Shown one piece after another: positions 5,872-9,508 of a stretch of DNA of 9,508 bases (its first letter is position 1; each line of letters opens with the position of its first letter). The DNA comes from Nitrosomonas europaea. GTDB lineage: Bacteria > Pseudomonadota > Gammaproteobacteria > Burkholderiales > Nitrosomonadaceae. Location: NCBI RefSeq assembly GCF_900167395.1, contig NZ_FUWK01000061.1:1-9508 (forward strand), in the 5' to 3' direction. The notes beneath the pieces were generated by a model. That model ran no database searches and was not told the origin of the DNA. It worked only from the letters and a program-made list of their open reading frames with translations. The position numbers and the translations under genes are program-made.

Positions 5872-6504
5872 ATGGAAAGCCAGCACAATCACGTAATGAA
5901 AAAATCATGCCGCATCATCGGTTATGCCCGTGTTTCGACAGAGGATCAGCATCTCGATCTTCAGATCGATGCTTTGAAACTGGCCGGATGCAGTAGTATT
6001 TTTGAAGATCACGGCTTGTCCGCCACCGCCAAACGGCGGCCCGGCTTTGAGCAGGCTTTAGCCAGCTTGCAGGCGGGTGATATTTTCGTGGTCTGGAAAA
6101 TGGACCGGGCCTTCCGCTCGCTCAAGAATGCGCTGGATATCTTGGAAGAATTCGAAAACCGCGCGATTGAATTCCGCTGTTTGACCGAAGATATCGATAC
6201 CACCACGCCAATGGGAAAATGCATGTACCAGATCCGCCATGCGTTTTCCGAACTGGAACGTAACCTCATTCGGGAGCGAACCAAAGCCGGAATGGAAGCC
6301 GCCCGACAACGCGGTGCCCATCTGGGCAGGCCGAAGAAACTGTCACGCGGTCAGATCATCCGGATGCAAAACTTGCTCCAACGTCAGCCCGATATGACTC
6401 CTGTGCAAATCGCAGATCAATTCGGCGTGTCTTCACGCACGATCTATCGCGCATTATCCAAATATTCAACTATCAAAGAAGAATTGGCAATCCATGCTGG
6501 ATAA
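5872..6504 (+). CDS. Small serine recombinase (resolvase/invertase family) with C-terminal HTH
   Basis: RIIGYARVSTEDQHLDLQIDAL contains the catalytic Ser motif. Other family motifs present are VVWKMDRAFRS, ELERNLIRERTKAGMEAARQRG and GRPKKL, plus the C-terminal HTH VQIADQFGVSSRTIYRAL. I chose the ATG at 5872 because of AGGGA upstream. The ATG at 5896 (MKKSCRIIGYARVS) is an equally plausible start, and the track uses the TTG at 5866. Confidence 0.9.
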   Translation: MESQHNHVMKKSCRIIGYARVSTEDQHLDLQIDALKLAGCSSIFEDHGLSATAKRRPGFEQALASLQAGDIFVVWKMDRAFRSLKNALDILEEFENRAIEFRCLTEDIDTTTPMGKCMYQIRHAFSELERNLIRERTKAGMEAARQRGAHLGRPKKLSRGQIIRMQNLLQRQPDMTPVQIADQFGVSSRTIYRALSKYSTIKEELAIHAG

Positions 6505-6682
6505 CCAAAACAGAATTCGTCACTACCGTGCCTACACGCGTATGTATGGTGAAATGATGCAGGATTTGTGCAGTTCCGAACATTACATCACCTACCTGAT
6601 CAACAATGACGGGCTGAATAAATTTGAAACCGGGCTGCGCACCCTGATCGAGAAATCCTTGAACCAGCCCATACGGTCCTGA
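6494..6682 (+). CDS. Small hypothetical protein (62 aa), possibly translationally coupled to the recombinase
   Basis: Its ATG at 6494 overlaps the recombinase stop (6502-6504) by 11 nt. No family was recognised and no independent support exists. Confidence 0.3.
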   Translation: MLDNQNRIRHYRAYTRMYGEMMQDLCSSEHYITYLINNDGLNKFETGLRTLIEKSLNQPIRS

Positions 6683-6785
6683 TAGTCTGTTTTCAGCTCA
6701 ATGTGGCGAGTCGTTTTTTATTGAATTCACACAAAATGAGGACGATAACGTTACATAACCAGAAAACTTAAAAAACTAAGCCACT

Positions 6786-6813
6786 TTGTCACCAATAGTC
6801 ACAAGAGTATGAA
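6786..6813 (+). promoter_or_regulatory. Candidate promoter for the P-loop NTPase gene
   Basis: TTGTCA (6786-6791), a 16-nt spacer and TATGAA (6808-6813) lie about 70 nt upstream of the ATG at 6882. The -35 region is part of a motif also found at the recombinase-proximal site A. Confidence 0.3.
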
Positions 6814-6881
6814 ACATATACGCAAAACCATGTAATTAGTTGTTAGAGACCTTGGATATCAGGGTATTTAAAGAGAAAAAT

Positions 6882-8324
6882 ATGGAATTTAATGAATACG
6901 AATTACAAAGGTTATTTGGCCACGAAGCAGCTGAAGATGAAGACCCTCAAAGGCTAAAAGATTACTACTTTAAAAGTAAAGTGTATTCTCAAGTCGTTAA
7001 CGATCTTCCGTTGCGGATAATAGTTGGTCATAAAGGCATAGGTAAGTCAGCCCTTTTCCAAGTTGCAATTGATGAGGAGACAGAAAATAAAAGGCTTACG
7101 GTTTTAATTAAGCCCGATGATATTATCGGCATAGGAGAAGATACCGATGATTTTCTAAAGCTTATAAGAGATTGGAAAATAGGAATTAATGCAATTATCA
7201 CACAAAAAGCCCTCACTTCATTTGGTATGCTTTTCGAGGGTTGGAGAGGAAAGCTAAATCAGTATGGTGGTACAGCGTTAGATTTCTTATCTTCAACCTT
7301 AAAACTAGAGGGCAAGGTTAGTTTGACTGCTTCAAAAGAAGCTATCCTGCGTGATTTTCTAAAAAATAACAAAATTTCAGTTTATATCGATGACCTAGAT
7401 AGAGGCTGGCAAGGCCGCAAGCACGATATACAGAGAATTTCTGCACTATTAAATGCTGTAAGAGATATATCGACTGAAAATAGAGGCATTTACTTTAGAG
7501 TGAGCTTGAGATCTGATGTTTACTATTTGGCGCGCACATCGGATGAATCAACTGACAAAACAGAAGGTTCAGTAATCTGGTATTCATGGACTAATCATGA
7601 GATCTTGGTTTTACTTGTCAAGAGGATTGAGAGTTACTTTGGTAGAGAAGTAGATGAGGCTGAACTACTGAAAAAGCATCAACTTGAATTAATGAGATAC
7701 CTTGCTCCCATAATTGAAGAGAAATTTACAGGAAAAGGGCATTGGAGAGATGCTCCTACGTACAGGGTATTAATGTCTTTGATCAGGAAACGTCCTCGTG
7801 ATTTAGTCAAACTACTAACTTTGGCAGGTAGAGAAGCAAGAACAAAAGACGCAGAGCGGATTACTACAAATCATTTAGAAAATATTTTTGAAGAATATTC
7901 GCAGGGTAGACTACAAGATACAATCAACGAATATCGTTCCGAGCTTCCTGAAATTGAAAAGCTAATTCTTGGTATGAGGCCGACAAAGATTCAGCGAAAA
8001 GCATCACAAGGCTATGTATATACGACAGACCAATTACTGAAAAAAATAAAAGCAATTGAAGAGCAAGGAAAATATCGCTGGGCAAATAGAAATCAGGTTG
8101 ACACTAAAGAACTGGCAGCATTCTTGTATAAAATAAACTTCATTACAGCTCGGAAACAAATACCTACAGGCATTGATAGAAAATATTTTGAAGAAAATAG
8201 GTACTTGTCGAATAAATTTATAGAGTTTGGCTATGATTGGGAGGTTCACCCTGCCTACCGTTGGGCACTTCAGCCTGAAGAGCCAATGCAAATTTTCAAT
8301 GAGCTAGAGTTGAGTTCTAGCTAA
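6882..8324 (+). CDS. P-loop NTPase, AAA+/STAND-like (possibly Sll1717/KAP-like), with a C-terminal winged-helix-like region. Candidate defence ATPase.
   Basis: Walker A GHKGIGKS is at nt 7026-7049. Walker B-like VYIDDLD is at nt 7380-7400. A downstream RPRDLVKLL motif resembles the lid/sensor-2 region of Orc1/Cdc6-like ATPases. The N-terminal FGHEAAEDE...L..YF motif precedes the P-loop. I prefer the ATG at 6882 (purine-rich AAAGAGAAAAAT upstream) over the track TTG at 6840. The gene is AT-rich relative to its neighbours. Confidence 0.8.
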   Translation: MEFNEYELQRLFGHEAAEDEDPQRLKDYYFKSKVYSQVVNDLPLRIIVGHKGIGKSALFQVAIDEETENKRLTVLIKPDDIIGIGEDTDDFLKLIRDWKIGINAIITQKALTSFGMLFEGWRGKLNQYGGTALDFLSSTLKLEGKVSLTASKEAILRDFLKNNKISVYIDDLDRGWQGRKHDIQRISALLNAVRDISTENRGIYFRVSLRSDVYYLARTSDESTDKTEGSVIWYSWTNHEILVLLVKRIESYFGREVDEAELLKKHQLELMRYLAPIIEEKFTGKGHWRDAPTYRVLMSLIRKRPRDLVKLLTLAGREARTKDAERITTNHLENIFEEYSQGRLQDTINEYRSELPEIEKLILGMRPTKIQRKASQGYVYTTDQLLKKIKAIEEQGKYRWANRNQVDTKELAAFLYKINFITARKQIPTGIDRKYFEENRYLSNKFIEFGYDWEVHPAYRWALQPEEPMQIFNELELSSS

Positions 8325-8399
8325 ACATGGCTCCTAATAAATACAAGTCTCAGATACAACTACGCCTCGCCAGTGGTATATGGACATTAGGTATCACAA

Positions 8400-9218
8400 A
8401 TGACTTATGACACTAATCTACCGTCCGAAGACGGCATCCCTGACGAAGGCAACGCCAAGAAAGTTGCGCGTGGAACCTTACAAGTCATCGGGGGGGCTGT
8501 GCCGCTGGTCGGCGGCCTACTGTCAGCTCTGGCAGGCGCATGGTCCGAGCGTGAGCAGGCCAAGGTCAATAGATTCTTCGAGCAGTGGGTTCGCATGTTG
8601 GAAGACGAGATTCGAGAGAAGGAAGCAACAGTTCTCGAAGTTATGGCCCGGCTGGACTTGCATGATGAAAAGATTGCGGCACGAGTCGAGAGCAAGGATT
8701 TTCAATCTCTTGTTAAGAAAACATTTCGAGACTGGGCTGGGGTGGAGAGTGAGGAGAAGCGCGTTCTCATCCGGAATATTCTGAGCAACGCAGCAGCCTC
8801 AACCCTCTCTAGCGACGATGTTGTACGCATGTTCATCGACTGGATTGGTCAGTACTCAGAACTTCACTTTCAGGTCATTGGTGCCATCTACAACTCGGGG
8901 GGCATCACTCGTGGTGCAATCTGGAAAAAAATTGGAAAGGGCCGTGTTCGCGAAGATTCAGCGGACGCGGACCTGTACAAATTGCTGTTTCGAGACCTCA
9001 GTACCGGTGGCGTCATCCGGCAACACCGCAAAACTGACTACTACGGCAACTTCGTCGCCAAATCCACGCAGAAGAAGTCGCCTGCTCGTTCAGGTGGAAC
9101 GAAGACTCTTACCTCGGCATTTGACGAGGAAGATCAGTATGTCCTTACTGAACTTGGACAACAGTTTGTTCACTACGCCATGACAGATCTGCCACTCCGG
9201 ATTGCCTATAAATTGTAG
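8400..9218 (+). CDS. Hypothetical protein with an N-terminal Gly/Ala-rich hydrophobic segment. Organisation is loosely reminiscent of Abi-alpha/DUF4393 proteins. The 3' end is formed by the IS terminus.
   Basis: This is a 272-codon ORF, 75 nt downstream of the NTPase on the same strand. It carries the hydrophobic stretch LQVIGGAVPLVGGLLSALAGAW (nt 8472-8543). The central ESEEKRVLIRNILSNAAAS...MFIDWIGQYSELHFQVIGAIY resembles, from memory only, the E-rich/ANLLANA core of DUF4393. The stop TAG (9216-9218) lies inside the IS inverted repeat that begins at 9214. Confidence 0.7.
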   Translation: MTYDTNLPSEDGIPDEGNAKKVARGTLQVIGGAVPLVGGLLSALAGAWSEREQAKVNRFFEQWVRMLEDEIREKEATVLEVMARLDLHDEKIAARVESKDFQSLVKKTFRDWAGVESEEKRVLIRNILSNAAASTLSSDDVVRMFIDWIGQYSELHFQVIGAIYNSGGITRGAIWKKIGKGRVREDSADADLYKLLFRDLSTGGVIRQHRKTDYYGNFVAKSTQKKSPARSGGTKTLTSAFDEEDQYVLTELGQQFVHYAMTDLPLRIAYKL

Positions 9219-9508
9219 TAGTTCAGATTTGATCTGACAGCAGGTCTTGCCAAGAGGTGGGATTACCCGGTTTGATAGAGGTGCGAATCTTTATCAACCA
9301 AACGCGAAAGCGTAAAGGAGTAATCCCATGAGCAGTGTTCATCATAAAATCATTAAACATAAGATTGGCTTGCTTAATCTGGCAGCTGAGCTTGGCAATG
9401 TATCCCGTGCCTGTAAGGTGATGGGTTTTTCTCGCGATACTTTCTATCGCTATCAGGCAGCTGTGGAAACAGGAGGTGTTGAAGCTCTGATAGATGCAAA
9501 CCGACGTA
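9214..9508 (+). mobile_element. IRL-type end of an IS481-like insertion sequence (continues past the window end)
   Basis: The terminal repeat tgtagtagttcagatttgatctgacag (9214-9240) is matched in inverted orientation at 63-89. The subterminal motif ttacccggtttga is at 9263-9275. The transposase ORF begins at 9328. Confidence 0.75.
9328..9508 (+). CDS. IS481-family-like DDE transposase, N-terminal HTH part (partial, open at the window end)
   Basis: My own translation is MSSVHHKIIKHKIGLLNLAAELGNVSRACKVMGFSRDTFYRYQAAVETGGVEALIDANRR. AAGGAG lies at 9315-9320, 7 nt before the ATG. The N-terminus resembles IS481-group transposases as I recall them. The family assignment is from memory. Confidence 0.7.
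   Translation, partial: MSSVHHKIIKHKIGLLNLAAELGNVSRACKVMGFSRDTFYRYQAAVETGGVEALIDANRR

Noticed and set aside
6009-6321. Minus-strand ORFs 6009..6284 and 6058..6321.
   Set aside because: They lie antisense within the serine recombinase gene and are shadow ORFs.
7028-8291. Minus-strand ORFs 7028..7216 and 8034..8291.
   Set aside because: They lie antisense within the NTPase gene. They are AT-rich, Ile/Phe/Ser-rich shadow translations.
8405-9183. ORFs 8405..8695 (-), 8407..8784 (+), 8523..8705 (-) and 8818..9183 (+).
   Set aside because: These are alternative frames of the GC-richer 272-aa gene. Their Arg/Ser/Thr/Pro-rich products are typical of off-frame reading, and the 272-aa frame is the only one spanning the whole interval.
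1-9508. I looked for CRISPR arrays, tRNA or rRNA genes, retron-like or reverse-transcriptase features, and integrase-type att sites.
   Set aside because: No regularly spaced direct repeats, cloverleaf-compatible segments or RT motifs were seen. The only repeats found are the inverted repeats and IS ends listed above.

Overview
The window is a mosaic accessory region of about 9.1 kb, probably proteobacterial, on or derived from a mobile element. It is bracketed by two ends of the same IS481-like insertion sequence (IRR-type end at 63-89, IRL-type end plus transposase start at 9214-9508). From left to right it contains the following. (1) A five-gene minus-strand operon of ordinary stress or detox-type genes: ArsR regulator, SRPBCC/AHSA1, YdeI/OmdA-like, PhnB/VOC-like and DUF1428. 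(2) A 5'-truncated DJ-1/PfpI gene remnant. (3) A parDE toxin-antitoxin pair with a near-consensus promoter and a terminator. (4) An ardA antirestriction gene preceded by heavily dyad-symmetric DNA. (5) Two unrecognised genes lying tail to tail, one encoding a charged coiled-coil-like protein and one a small secreted protein. (6) A small serine recombinase with three res-like dyad sites upstream. (7) An AT-rich cassette encoding a 480-aa P-loop (AAA+/STAND-like) NTPase. (8) A GC-richer 272-aa protein of unknown function whose stop codon is supplied by the IS end. The best candidate for an undescribed system is the NTPase with or without its downstream partner (6786-9218). It sits in a defence/anti-defence-island context (ArdA, ParDE, recombinase, IS). 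All functional calls come from reading the supplied translations and recalling family motifs. No database search was possible.
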